A DNA stretch of 64,000 nt from Sedimentisphaerales bacterium. GTDB taxonomy: Bacteria; Planctomycetota; Phycisphaerae; Sedimentisphaerales; Anaerobacaceae. The notes under the pieces were generated by a model. The model was not told where the DNA came from. It saw only the letters and a program-made list of their open reading frames with translations, and did no database searches. Made by a program: the position numbers and the translations under genes. Numbering within the stretch: the stretch's first letter is position 1; every line of letters begins with the position of its first letter. Of the stretch, positions 7,463-16,465 are shown one piece after another. The DNA is taken from the NCBI GenBank assembly GCA_963708075.1, contig OY970194.1, positions 6,656,001 through 6,720,000 of the forward strand. The letters are read 5' to 3'.

Positions 7463-10330
7463 ATGGATCGCCTAAGGGGCATCGTGGCCTTCACGGCAGT
7501 TCAGTTGTTGATTGCAGGTTGCGGGTCTGTGCAACACTCGGAGTCTCCAACTGATAACAATGCACGGCAGACAGTGGATTTCAATCGCGACTGGAAGTTC
7601 GCCAAAGGCAGCCAAGCCGGGGCGGAGAAGGCTGACTTCGATGACTCCGGGTGGCAGGTGGTCCGATTGCCGCACGACTGGGCGATCTCCGGGCCGTTCA
7701 ATCCGAGCGAAAACGGCTACGCCGGCAAGCTGCCCTGGAAGGGCGAGGGCTGGTATCGGAAGACATTCACGCTCGACAAGGGAGCCGACGGCCGGCGGGT
7801 TTACTTCGACTTCGGCGGCGTGATGGCGTTTCCCAAGGTTTATGTCAACGGGCAGTTGGCCGGCCAGTGGGATTATGGCTATATGTCCTTCCGCGTGGAT
7901 GCCACGCCTTTCGTGAAATTTGGCCAAGCCAATACGATTGCTGTTTATGTGGACACGCGGAGCCACGGCACGCGCTGGTACCCCGGTGCGGGGATCTATC
8001 GCAAGGTGACCATGACGGTCTGCAATCCGATGCACCTGGCCCGCTGGGGCACCTTTGTGACCACCCCGAGCGTGGATGACAAGACTGCCACTGTTCACAT
8101 GCGCTCGACTATCGAGAATCATCTCGCGGCCGACTCTCCGGCGGTGGTCCTTGTCACGCTGCTTGACCCGGCCGGCAAGACTGTGACGCTAGGGAAAAAG
8201 TCGGACACCATCCCCGCCGGCGGGGCACGGGAGTTTGACTTGTCTTTTACCATTGCGAAGCCTCAGCGATGGGACATTGGCAAGCCGAGGCTATACACCG
8301 TTAAGGTTGTTGTGTGGGCGCGCGATAAAGTCGTGGATAGGGATGATGTTCCGTTTGGCATCCGGACATTCGAGTTCACGGCCGATGACGGCTTCCATCT
8401 CAACGGTCGCCGGGTACAGCTCTACGGCGTCTGCCTGCACCACGACCAGGGGCCACTTGGGGGCGCGTTCTACCCTCGTGCTATGGAGCGGCAGTTGGAG
8501 ATCATGCGGGACATGGGCGTCAATGCCATCCGCACGAGTCATAACCCCCCAGCCCCGGAGTTGCTTGATCTGTGCGACCGGATGGGCTTTGTCGTGTGGG
8601 ACGAGGCGTTCGACAAGTGGGACGGCACGGCCGACCGCGTTCGGGGCGAGCCGCCACTGGAGCCGTACGGCGAGAAGCAGATTCGCAATCTGGTGATGCG
8701 GGACCGCAATCATCCTTCTGTCGTCGTCTGGTCGATTGGCAATGAGATCGGCGAGGGTGGCAGGGAGGGAGTCACGCCGGAGCGCGTGAAGTTCATGAGC
8801 GAGTTCGTACGCAAGTACGACCCGACCCGGCCGGTGGGTATGGCCAACCATATCCCCGCCATGGCCGAGCGGCCGAACTTCGACGCCCTCGACCTGACCG
8901 GATGGAACTACAGCCGCCGATACGCGATCTACAGGCAGCGATACCCCGACAAGCCGATCATTTACAGTGAGTCGGCCTCGGCCCTGAGCACGCGAGGGTT
9001 CTACGAGTTACCTTTGCCCAGCGAGAAAACCCAGTACTCGAAGCAGCTCCAAGTGGATTCCTACGACTTGAACGCCGCCGCATGGTCGGACATCGCCGAT
9101 GCTGAGTTTCAGTTGATGGAAAAGGACAAATTCGTGGCGGGTGAGTTCGTGTGGACGGGCTTCGACTACCTCGGCGAACCGACGCCCTTCAGCCAGGAAG
9201 CGAAAAGCTCGTACTTCGGCATCGTGGACCTGGCCGGCATCCCCAAGGACCGGTATTACCTCTATCGCAGCTATTGGCAGCCGGACACGACCACCATCCA
9301 CATCCTGCCCCATTGGAACTGGCCCGACCGCGTCGGCCAGAACGTGCCGGTCTTCGTGTACACCAATGGCGATTCCGCCGAGCTGTTCCTGAACGGCAAA
9401 TCACTCGGGAAGCGAACAAAGGGCGTTCTGCCGGATAGGCCCGCGAATTTCGCAAAAGGCAAGCCTGTCACAGCCAGCTCCGAGGAATCGGGCAAGGGAA
9501 ACCTGATGGCCCTTGCCAACGATGGTGACGCCTCCACCCGCTGGTGTGCGGCGGATGCCACCGCAAATCAGTGGTGGCAGGTCGATCTAGGCCAGGTCCA
9601 GCCGGTGCGATACTTGCTCCTGGAATTTGAGCGAGAGGCGAAGAACTACGGGTATGAAGTCAAAGCCTCGACCGATGCCTCTGCCTGGCAAACTATCGCG
9701 AGCAAGAGTACGAGCAGGCAGCCGCAATGGGGCGGGCCCACGCAGGCATTCCACGACGTGGACGCGCAGGCCCGGTACCTGCGCATCGAGTTTACGCAAC
9801 TGCAGGGAGGGGCCTGGGCCGGGCTCAAGGAGTTCGGCGCCTATCCAGCCAAGGCGGAGTCCTCCTACTACGATGTCACCTACAAGTACCGACTTCGGTG
9901 GAACGATGTCGTGTACGAGCCGGGCGAGTTGAAAGTGATCGCATACAAGGACGGCACATCGATTGGCGAGGCTGTGATGCGAACTGCCGGGGCACCAGCG
10001 GCCATCCGCCTGACGCCGGACCGGAAGAAACTTACGGCTACGGGCGATGACCTGTGCTACATCCTTGTTGAAGGCTTGGACAGCAGGGGGACGCTGTGTC
10101 CGCTCGCGGACAATCTCGTTCGCTTCAAAGTCGATGGTCCGGCGGAGATTGCGGGCGTCGGCAACGGCAACCCCATGTCCATCGAGCCGTTCCAGGCGGA
10201 CTATCGCAAGCTCTTTTTCGGCAAAGCGATGCTGATCCTGCGAACGAAGGAAGGAGCACAGGGCTCAGTGCGCGTCACTGCCGAGAGTGAGGGCCTGACT
10301 TCAGGCGAGACGACGGTTAAATGTCAATGA
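7463..10330 (+). CDS. GH2 beta-galactosidase (GalB/BgaA-like) with an F5/8 type C (CBM32-like) domain, lipoprotein
   Basis: LPHDW, RWYPGAGIYR, GVCLHHD, NAIRTSHNPP, RDRNHPSVVVWSIGNE and FVWTGFDYLGEPTP; F5/8C motifs NDGDASTRW and WWQVDLG; lipobox IAGC. Confidence 0.93.
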   Translation: MDRLRGIVAFTAVQLLIAGCGSVQHSESPTDNNARQTVDFNRDWKFAKGSQAGAEKADFDDSGWQVVRLPHDWAISGPFNPSENGYAGKLPWKGEGWYRKTFTLDKGADGRRVYFDFGGVMAFPKVYVNGQLAGQWDYGYMSFRVDATPFVKFGQANTIAVYVDTRSHGTRWYPGAGIYRKVTMTVCNPMHLARWGTFVTTPSVDDKTATVHMRSTIENHLAADSPAVVLVTLLDPAGKTVTLGKKSDTIPAGGAREFDLSFTIAKPQRWDIGKPRLYTVKVVVWARDKVVDRDDVPFGIRTFEFTADDGFHLNGRRVQLYGVCLHHDQGPLGGAFYPRAMERQLEIMRDMGVNAIRTSHNPPAPELLDLCDRMGFVVWDEAFDKWDGTADRVRGEPPLEPYGEKQIRNLVMRDRNHPSVVVWSIGNEIGEGGREGVTPERVKFMSEFVRKYDPTRPVGMANHIPAMAERPNFDALDLTGWNYSRRYAIYRQRYPDKPIIYSESASALSTRGFYELPLPSEKTQYSKQLQVDSYDLNAAAWSDIADAEFQLMEKDKFVAGEFVWTGFDYLGEPTPFSQEAKSSYFGIVDLAGIPKDRYYLYRSYWQPDTTTIHILPHWNWPDRVGQNVPVFVYTNGDSAELFLNGKSLGKRTKGVLPDRPANFAKGKPVTASSEESGKGNLMALANDGDASTRWCAADATANQWWQVDLGQVQPVRYLLLEFEREAKNYGYEVKASTDASAWQTIASKSTSRQPQWGGPTQAFHDVDAQARYLRIEFTQLQGGAWAGLKEFGAYPAKAESSYYDVTYKYRLRWNDVVYEPGELKVIAYKDGTSIGEAVMRTAGAPAAIRLTPDRKKLTATGDDLCYILVEGLDSRGTLCPLADNLVRFKVDGPAEIAGVGNGNPMSIEPFQADYRKLFFGKAMLILRTKEGAQGSVRVTAESEGLTSGETTVKCQ

Positions 10331-10362
10331 TGCGGCATATTGGGAAAGGCAGGGGAGATACG

Positions 10363-12012
10363 ATGAGAATGAGGCAGATCATCGGGATCGTCGTACTGTT
10401 GACTGGCAGCGGGGCACTGGGCGCCGATGCGGACATCCGGCTGAATTCGCTTGGTTTTCTACCCGACGGCTCCAAGAAGGCGACAGTCGTTGTCGCGTGT
10501 ACCGATTTCTCGGTCAAGAGAGCATCGGACAGCAATGCCGTGTATTCCGCTAAGGCCACGGGGCCAGTGTACCAGGAGGATGTGAAACAAAACGTCTGGG
10601 TCGCGGATTTCTCGCAAGTGAGCGAGAAAGGCACGTTCTACCTGGACGTGCCGGGCGTGGGTCGGTCGGCGGATTTTGAGATCGGAGATGCCGTCTACGA
10701 TTTCGCGTTCTACACGGCCATACGGGGCTTCTATCTCTGGCGGTGTGGCACGGCAGTCAGCGGCGAGCATGACGGGCAGACATACGCCCATGCCGCCTGT
10801 CACATGAACGATGCGTACGAGGATTACGTCGGAAGGTCGAACTCCCGGCGGGACGGCACCGGCGGCTGGCACGATGCCGGCGATTACGGCAAGTACGTCG
10901 TCAATGCCGGCGTCACGATGGGCTGCCTGTTCCTCGCCTGGGACCATTTTCAGAACGATCTCAACGATATTTCGCTGAATCTGCCCGACACGGCGCCGGG
11001 GTATCCCGATTTTCTCGAGGAGCTCAAATGGGAGACGGACTGGCTGCTCAAAATGCCGTACGGGGACGGTTCGGGCGTGGTCTCGCACAAGCTGACACGC
11101 CTGAATTTCGAAGGCTTCATCATGCCTGAGAAGGACACCGGCAAGCGTTACTTCACCGAATGGAGCTCGGCGGCGGTCGCCGATTTCGTCGCCATGATGG
11201 CGATGGCGGCGAGGTATTTCAAGCCGTACGATCCCAACTACGCGCAGCTTTGTCTCGATGCCGCAGAGGAGAGCTACGCATTTCTGACGGCCAATCCGAA
11301 GAACAAAGCGTTCGTCCAGGGCAGCTTCCAGACGGGCGGCTACCAGACCAGCGACTCCGACGACCGCCTGTGGGCCGCTGCCGAGATGTGGGAAACGACG
11401 GGCAGGGCCGAATGCCTCAAGGATTTCGAGACAAGAGCGGCTGCCGGTTCGACGACCAGGATCGACGAGAACTGGGACTGGGGCAGCGTTCGAAATCTCG
11501 GCATGTTCACCTACGTCCTGTCCCAGCAGGAGGGCCGGGACCCCAACCTGGTGGAGCGAGTCCGTCATGACGTGGTGGCGGTGGCCAGTGCCCTCGTCAC
11601 CAAGGCGAAGCAGGACGTGTACGGCCGGCCACTGGCAGGCAGGTACTATTGGGGCTGCAACGGGACCGTCGCCCGGCAGGTGCTGAATCTGCAGGTAGCC
11701 AACAAGGTGTCGCCGAATCCGGAGTACGTGAACGTGGCCCTGGATGCCGTCGCCCATCTATTTGGCCGGAACTACTATGGCCGCTCCTACGTTACCGGAC
11801 TGGGCCGGCAGCCTCCGATGAATCCGCACGATCGTCGCTCGGGCGCCGACGGCATCAAGGCCCCATGGCCCGGCTACCTCATCGGAGGCGGCCACACCGC
11901 CACGGACTGGAGCGACACCCAGGCCGACTACGAAACCAACGAGATCGCCATAAACTGGCAGGGTGCCTTGGTTTACGCCCTGGCGGGCTTTGTCAGCAGC
12001 CCCGCGCAATAA
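10363..12012 (+). CDS. GH9 glycoside hydrolase (endoglucanase) with an N-terminal Ig-like domain
   Basis: GGWHDAGDYGKYVVN, FGRN...SYVTGLG, PHDRRS and YETNEIAINW; signal peptide. Confidence 0.93.
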   Translation: MRMRQIIGIVVLLTGSGALGADADIRLNSLGFLPDGSKKATVVVACTDFSVKRASDSNAVYSAKATGPVYQEDVKQNVWVADFSQVSEKGTFYLDVPGVGRSADFEIGDAVYDFAFYTAIRGFYLWRCGTAVSGEHDGQTYAHAACHMNDAYEDYVGRSNSRRDGTGGWHDAGDYGKYVVNAGVTMGCLFLAWDHFQNDLNDISLNLPDTAPGYPDFLEELKWETDWLLKMPYGDGSGVVSHKLTRLNFEGFIMPEKDTGKRYFTEWSSAAVADFVAMMAMAARYFKPYDPNYAQLCLDAAEESYAFLTANPKNKAFVQGSFQTGGYQTSDSDDRLWAAAEMWETTGRAECLKDFETRAAAGSTTRIDENWDWGSVRNLGMFTYVLSQQEGRDPNLVERVRHDVVAVASALVTKAKQDVYGRPLAGRYYWGCNGTVARQVLNLQVANKVSPNPEYVNVALDAVAHLFGRNYYGRSYVTGLGRQPPMNPHDRRSGADGIKAPWPGYLIGGGHTATDWSDTQADYETNEIAINWQGALVYALAGFVSSPAQ

Positions 12013-12014
12013 GC

Positions 12015-12056
12015 AAAAAAACAGGGTGTGCCGAACTGAGCACACCCTGCGTCTTT
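12015..12056. terminator. Intrinsic, probably bidirectional terminator between convergent genes
   Basis: CAGGGTGTGC / GCACACCCTG 10-bp stem; A7 on the left gives a U-tract for the minus-strand transcript, and TCTTT follows on the right. Confidence 0.8.
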
Positions 12057-12072
12057 CATGAATTGCCTCCGA

Positions 12073-12711
12073 CTATTGGGGTGGAGGGCTGTCAGGCAGA
12101 GGATCTCCGGGCGGGGGCCCATCTGGTGGAGAGTTCGGCCCTCTCATGTCGCGGAACCCGCGGTCGCGGTGGCCATCGGGACCACTTGGTCTGTTGGGGC
12201 CACCCTGATGGTCGGGTCTACCCCTTCGGTCGGGTCCACCGGGGCCACTTGGACCGCCTGGTCCACGAGGTCGCCAATGACCCATATGTCGGTTGAATTC
12301 ATCCTGCCACTTGGTAAACTGCTCGGGCGTGAGGATGCTCTTCATAGATGCGACAAACTCCTCACGTTCCTTCCGCTGCAACTCCATCATTGTTTCCCAT
12401 TGTTTTCGGGCCGCGGCCAAACGCTGGCTGAACATGTCCTTGATCTGCTGGACCTGCTCGTCAGTCAGGCTCAAATCGGCACGCCATCGATCGATTAGCT
12501 CATTTGGTGGACCGGGCGGCCTTTCACCACCTATTGGCGGGAATCGTATGATTCTGTCCTTGAGCGAGAGGATGGTGCCACCGACGCCGATGCCTATGCC
12601 GGAGGCGAGAATCACGGCGGCGACGATGACCTGGCTGATGATCTGTCGACGGGTGAACGGCCACTTCGACCGGGGCGTCACGGGATGAACGGGTTTCGTT
12701 TCGTCTACCAT
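12073..12711 (-). CDS. Membrane-anchored Spy/CpxP-like (LTXXQ) periplasmic protein
   Basis: One TM segment, LSLTDEQ and ILTPEQ motifs, Pro/Gly-rich tail. Confidence 0.75.
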   Translation of the reverse strand: MVDETKPVHPVTPRSKWPFTRRQIISQVIVAAVILASGIGIGVGGTILSLKDRIIRFPPIGGERPPGPPNELIDRWRADLSLTDEQVQQIKDMFSQRLAAARKQWETMMELQRKEREEFVASMKSILTPEQFTKWQDEFNRHMGHWRPRGPGGPSGPGGPDRRGRPDHQGGPNRPSGPDGHRDRGFRDMRGPNSPPDGPPPGDPLPDSPPPQ

Positions 12712-12968
12712 AACCGTATTTCCGGCAGGGGGGCTACCAGCTCCATGAGAGGACTATTCATGTATTGCCAGAATTGGACGGCCAGGAACAGGATGATCGA
12801 GGCCGCCGCGGCCGACAGCCCGCCGAACAGGCCCAGCGGGATCAGCGTGACCGACGGCCGGCTCTCGGATTGAATCCGCAGCCGGACCATCTCCGCCACG
12901 CCGAACACGGGCGTCTGCTCCTCGCGGGCTCTGCGAGCCAGTTTTGCAAGACCCTCTAAAGTGTCCAT
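12705..12968 (-). CDS. Small single-TM putative anti-sigma factor
   Basis: MDTLEGLAKLARRAREEQ... followed by a TM segment; overlaps the sigma stop and the next gene's start. Confidence 0.65.
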   Translation of the reverse strand: MDTLEGLAKLARRAREEQTPVFGVAEMVRLRIQSESRPSVTLIPLGLFGGLSAAAASIILFLAVQFWQYMNSPLMELVAPLPEIRLW

Positions 12969-13531
12969 CCGAGTTTCTCCAAAAGATGTTCTCTCTCGGC
13001 TATTTCTTTCATTTTCCTGCGAGCCCGAAGCGCCTGGGTTTTGACCTTTGCCCGGCTCCATCCCATCTGCTCGGCGATCTCCTGCGTGCCGCACCGCTCG
13101 AAGTACAGCAGCGTCAGCACCAGCCGGTCGGGCGCGGGCAGTCGGGCGAGCAGGGCTTGCAGCACCGCCGCCGCTTCGGCCGGATCGATGCGCTCCTCAT
13201 CTTCCTGCGCCTCGATCTTTTCCATGATTTCAAAGTCCGGCAGGGGCATCTCCTGCGGCTCCCTGGCCTTCTCCCGCCAGAACTTATAGCCCGTGCGGGT
13301 GGCGATCCGCCGAAGCCAGTGCAGCAATGGGGCGTCGCCACGATAAGTTTTCAAGCTGAAATACGCTTCGACAAACACTTGCTGCACAAGCTCCTCGCAT
13401 TGCACCGGGTCCCGCGTGAAACGCCAGAGCAGGCCGGTGATCTGCTTTTCATACCGGCGGACCAGTCTTTCATAGGCGTCTTCGTCGCCCTGGACCGACG
13501 CCTTTACATCCAACCAGTCTGTGTTTTCCAC
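12956..13531 (-). CDS. ECF sigma-70 factor
   Basis: Region 2: GDEDAYERLVRRY, EELVQQVFVEAY, LHWLRRIA. Region 4: LARLP...EIAEQMGWSRAKVKTQALRARRKM. Probable GTG start. Confidence 0.92.
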   Translation of the reverse strand: MENTDWLDVKASVQGDEDAYERLVRRYEKQITGLLWRFTRDPVQCEELVQQVFVEAYFSLKTYRGDAPLLHWLRRIATRTGYKFWREKAREPQEMPLPDFEIMEKIEAQEDEERIDPAEAAAVLQALLARLPAPDRLVLTLLYFERCGTQEIAEQMGWSRAKVKTQALRARRKMKEIAEREHLLEKLGWTL

Positions 13532-13623
13532 AAGCGCTATTCTACCGGATCGTTCTCGATCTTCCAACAACCCCTCGGCAGGGCAGCATTGGCACGGTGC
13601 ATCTGTCATTGATTCACTTGCTC

Positions 13624-13659
13624 CACCCTGATAGTGGCACAAGACATGCGCCGGTGACA
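13624..13659 (-). promoter_or_regulatory. Putative ECF promoter driving the sigma operon
   Basis: Minus strand TGTCAC-N15-GCCACT-ATCAGGGTG; twin copy on the plus strand. Confidence 0.7.
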
Positions 13660-13704
13660 GTAAAAACGGCCGAATACGGCTCAATAGTGAAAAGCGTGGT
13701 CCGG

Positions 13705-13740
13705 TGTAACCATCCCCGGTTCCACGCCACTTACAGGGTG
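13705..13740 (+). promoter_or_regulatory. Putative ECF promoter driving the T2SS operon
   Basis: TGTAAC-N15-GCCACT-TACAGGGTG, with the same spacing as the minus-strand copy. Confidence 0.7.
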
Positions 13741-13846
13741 TAATACGACAGTCCTGAGTTTTGAGTGTTGAGCTCTCCATCAAACCGTTTTCCAGTCGAG
13801 CAGGAAGCGTGAGCACTCAAAGCCATCATGTGAAGGAGTCAGGGCC

Positions 13847-14074
13847 ATGAGTTCAGAGGAAATGAGAGTTGAGCTTGAAGCGTTCGTCAATACAGGTCTG
13901 CAGGAAGGCTGGGGCGGCTGGCCGTTGAAGGAAGAAACCCGGATGAATCAGACATCAGGCGTGCTGCATGCAGGACCGATAAAATTCCGGCGCCGGCAAA
14001 ACATCCCGGCAACCGCTGCCCGCGGACGACTACAGGCTTTCCGTGCCGGCGGCCGATATTTTGTGGAGAATTGA
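13847..14074 (+). CDS. Small hypothetical protein (75 aa)
   Basis: Preceded by GAAGGAGTCAG, identical to the RBS of the next gene; no recognisable motif. Confidence 0.4.
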   Translation: MSSEEMRVELEAFVNTGLQEGWGGWPLKEETRMNQTSGVLHAGPIKFRRRQNIPATAARGRLQAFRAGGRYFVEN

Positions 14075-14144
14075 AAAAGTTGGGCAATGGCCCGATAAGT
14101 TCAACGTAAAGCAGGGTTTGGTCGATTTAAGAAGGAGTCAGAAA

Positions 14145-14717
14145 ATGAAAAGACAGGTGATCGTGATCGGAATTGCTGCGTGTGTGCTGGCCCTGGCGGT
14201 TGGGGGACTGTCCATTGCCCAGCCGCCCCAAGGCGGCAGGGACCGAGGTCCGGCCGGACCGGGACAGTTTGATCCCGAGCAGATGCGCCAGAGGATGACG
14301 CAGCGGATGAAGGAGCAATTGGGCGCCGACGACGAGGCTTGGAAGGTCCTGGAGCCCCGGCTGATGAAGGTCATGGAACTGAATCGCCAGGTTGGAGGCG
14401 GTCCCGGCGGCATGTTCGGTATGTTCGGCCGTGGTGGCCCGGCAGGCAACCGCAGTGATCGCGGACCTCGGGATGGACAGAATGCGCCGGGCCGGCCCGC
14501 CGACCAGCAAACGGCGGTCCAGAAGGCTACCGAGCAATTGCGGACCACGCTCGATAATCAGTCGGCAGCGCCGGAGGAGATTAAGAAGAACTTGACGGCC
14601 CTTCGCGAGGCTCGCGAGAAGGCCAAGCAGGAGTTGGCGACGGCCCAGCAGGAGCTGAGGCAGATCCTCACCGTCCGCCAGGAAGCACAGTTGGTCATGA
14701 TGGGACAATTGCCCTGA
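14145..14717 (+). CDS. Exported helical hypothetical protein leading the T2SS operon
   Basis: RBS AAGGAG, signal peptide, Gly/Pro-rich segments and C-terminal LRQILTVRQEAQLV. Confidence 0.8.
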   Translation: MKRQVIVIGIAACVLALAVGGLSIAQPPQGGRDRGPAGPGQFDPEQMRQRMTQRMKEQLGADDEAWKVLEPRLMKVMELNRQVGGGPGGMFGMFGRGGPAGNRSDRGPRDGQNAPGRPADQQTAVQKATEQLRTTLDNQSAAPEEIKKNLTALREAREKAKQELATAQQELRQILTVRQEAQLVMMGQLP

Positions 14718-14731
14718 GCACAAGGGGTCCA

Positions 14732-16450
14732 ATGAACGCACTCGTAAATAGAATGGTCAGTCAGGGTCTGATTGACGAATCCGCGGCCCGGGGGATTGCC
14801 GGTCTGCTCGCCGAGGGTGAGCCGCCCGCCCGGGCCTTCGCGGTCAATGGCGTCGCCGAGGAAAGCCTGCTGCGGTTCCTTGCCCGCGAGCTCAACCTCA
14901 CGTTTGTCGAGCTGGAGCAACGGACGTTCTCCAAGGAGTTTCTCGCCCGGTTTCCCGCCCGCATCCTGCTGGACAGGCACATCATGCCCATTGAGGGGGA
15001 GCACGATGAGCTGTTGGCCGTGACGAGCAACCCGTTCGACACGTCGGCGATTGATGAGCTGCGCCTGGTGACCGGCAGGGACTTCCAGATCGCGCTGGCC
15101 CCGCTGGCGGAGATCGACCGGTGCATCAAGCGGTACCTGGGGGTGGGGGCCGACACGGTGCAATCGATGATCTCGGAGGCCGGCGAGAATGGTATCCAGG
15201 TCATCGACACGGACGCGGACGAGGACATGGACCTGACGCAGGCGGCCGAAGGCGCCTCCATCATCCGTTTCGTCAATCAAATCCTGACCGAGGCCATCGA
15301 ATTGCGGGCCACGGATGTGCACATCGAGCCGTTCGAAGAGTCCCTGCGGGTGCGGTACCGCATCGATGGCGTTCTGCAGGAGGCCTCGGTCGCTCCCGAG
15401 GTCAAGCAGTTCCAGGCGGCCATCGTCTCCCGCTTGAAGATTCTGAGCAAGCTGGACATCGCGGAAAAGCGTATCCCGCAGGACGGCCGCATTAAGATTA
15501 TCATCGCCGGCCGGGAAATCGACGTCCGCGTCTCGGTGATCCCCATGCTCTATGGCGAGGCGGTTGTGCTGCGTCTCCTGGATCGGTCCTCGGTCCTATT
15601 GGGACTGAACAAGCTGGGCATGTCCCAGCGGGACCTGGGAATCACGCGAATCATTCTCGAACGGCCGCACGGAATCATCCTGGTGACGGGCCCGACCGGG
15701 AGCGGCAAGACCACGACGTTGTATGCGGCCCTGTCGTGCATCAACGACATTCAGCGAAAGATCATCACCATCGAGGACCCCATCGAATATCAGCTCCACG
15801 GCGTGAATCAAATCCAGATCTCTCGCAAGGCCGGGCTGACGTTCGCCAGCGGTTTGCGATCCATTCTGCGTCACGACCCCGATGTCGTCCTTGTTGGCGA
15901 AATCCGCGACTCGGAAACGGCGGAAATCGCCATCCAGGCCTCGCTGACCGGCCACCTGGTCTTCTCGACGCTGCACACGAACGACGCTCCCAGCGCCTTG
16001 ACCCGGCTGGTGGATATGGGAATCGAGCCGTACCTGGTGGCCTCCTCGCTGGAGGCCATCCTGGCGCAGCGACTGGTGCGGGTGATCTGCCCCGACTGCA
16101 AGGAGTCGCTCACCGAACATGAGATGGCGCCGCTGCGGCGGCGGTTCGGAGACGAGTTGCCCCCCGTGCTTTACAGGGGCCACGGCTGTCGGCTCTGCCA
16201 GGAGACCGGATATCGCGGCCGGATCGGCATTTTTGAGCTGATGGTGGTCACGGACGAAATTCGTTCCCGCATCCTGGAGAACACGTCGGCGCCCGAGCTG
16301 CGCAAGCTGGCGGCCACGCAGGGCATGCTGAGCCTTCGCGATGATGGATTCAGGCACCTGTACGAAGGGCGCACAACAATCGAAGAGATCCTCCGGGTCA
16401 CCAAGGACGACGCGTTCGACCTGACTCGGCTTCAGCAGGCGGAGAAATAG
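14732..16450 (+). CDS. gspE: Type II secretion ATPase GspE/PulE
   Basis: ATDVHIEP, PQDGRI, GPTGSGKTTT, TIEDPIE, LRHDPDVVLVGEIRD, TLHTND and a tetra-Cys motif. Confidence 0.95.
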   Translation: MNALVNRMVSQGLIDESAARGIAGLLAEGEPPARAFAVNGVAEESLLRFLARELNLTFVELEQRTFSKEFLARFPARILLDRHIMPIEGEHDELLAVTSNPFDTSAIDELRLVTGRDFQIALAPLAEIDRCIKRYLGVGADTVQSMISEAGENGIQVIDTDADEDMDLTQAAEGASIIRFVNQILTEAIELRATDVHIEPFEESLRVRYRIDGVLQEASVAPEVKQFQAAIVSRLKILSKLDIAEKRIPQDGRIKIIIAGREIDVRVSVIPMLYGEAVVLRLLDRSSVLLGLNKLGMSQRDLGITRIILERPHGIILVTGPTGSGKTTTLYAALSCINDIQRKIITIEDPIEYQLHGVNQIQISRKAGLTFASGLRSILRHDPDVVLVGEIRDSETAEIAIQASLTGHLVFSTLHTNDAPSALTRLVDMGIEPYLVASSLEAILAQRLVRVICPDCKESLTEHEMAPLRRRFGDELPPVLYRGHGCRLCQETGYRGRIGIFELMVVTDEIRSRILENTSAPELRKLAATQGMLSLRDDGFRHLYEGRTTIEEILRVTKDDAFDLTRLQQAEK

Positions 16451-16465
16451 CGGCAAGGTCAAGGC

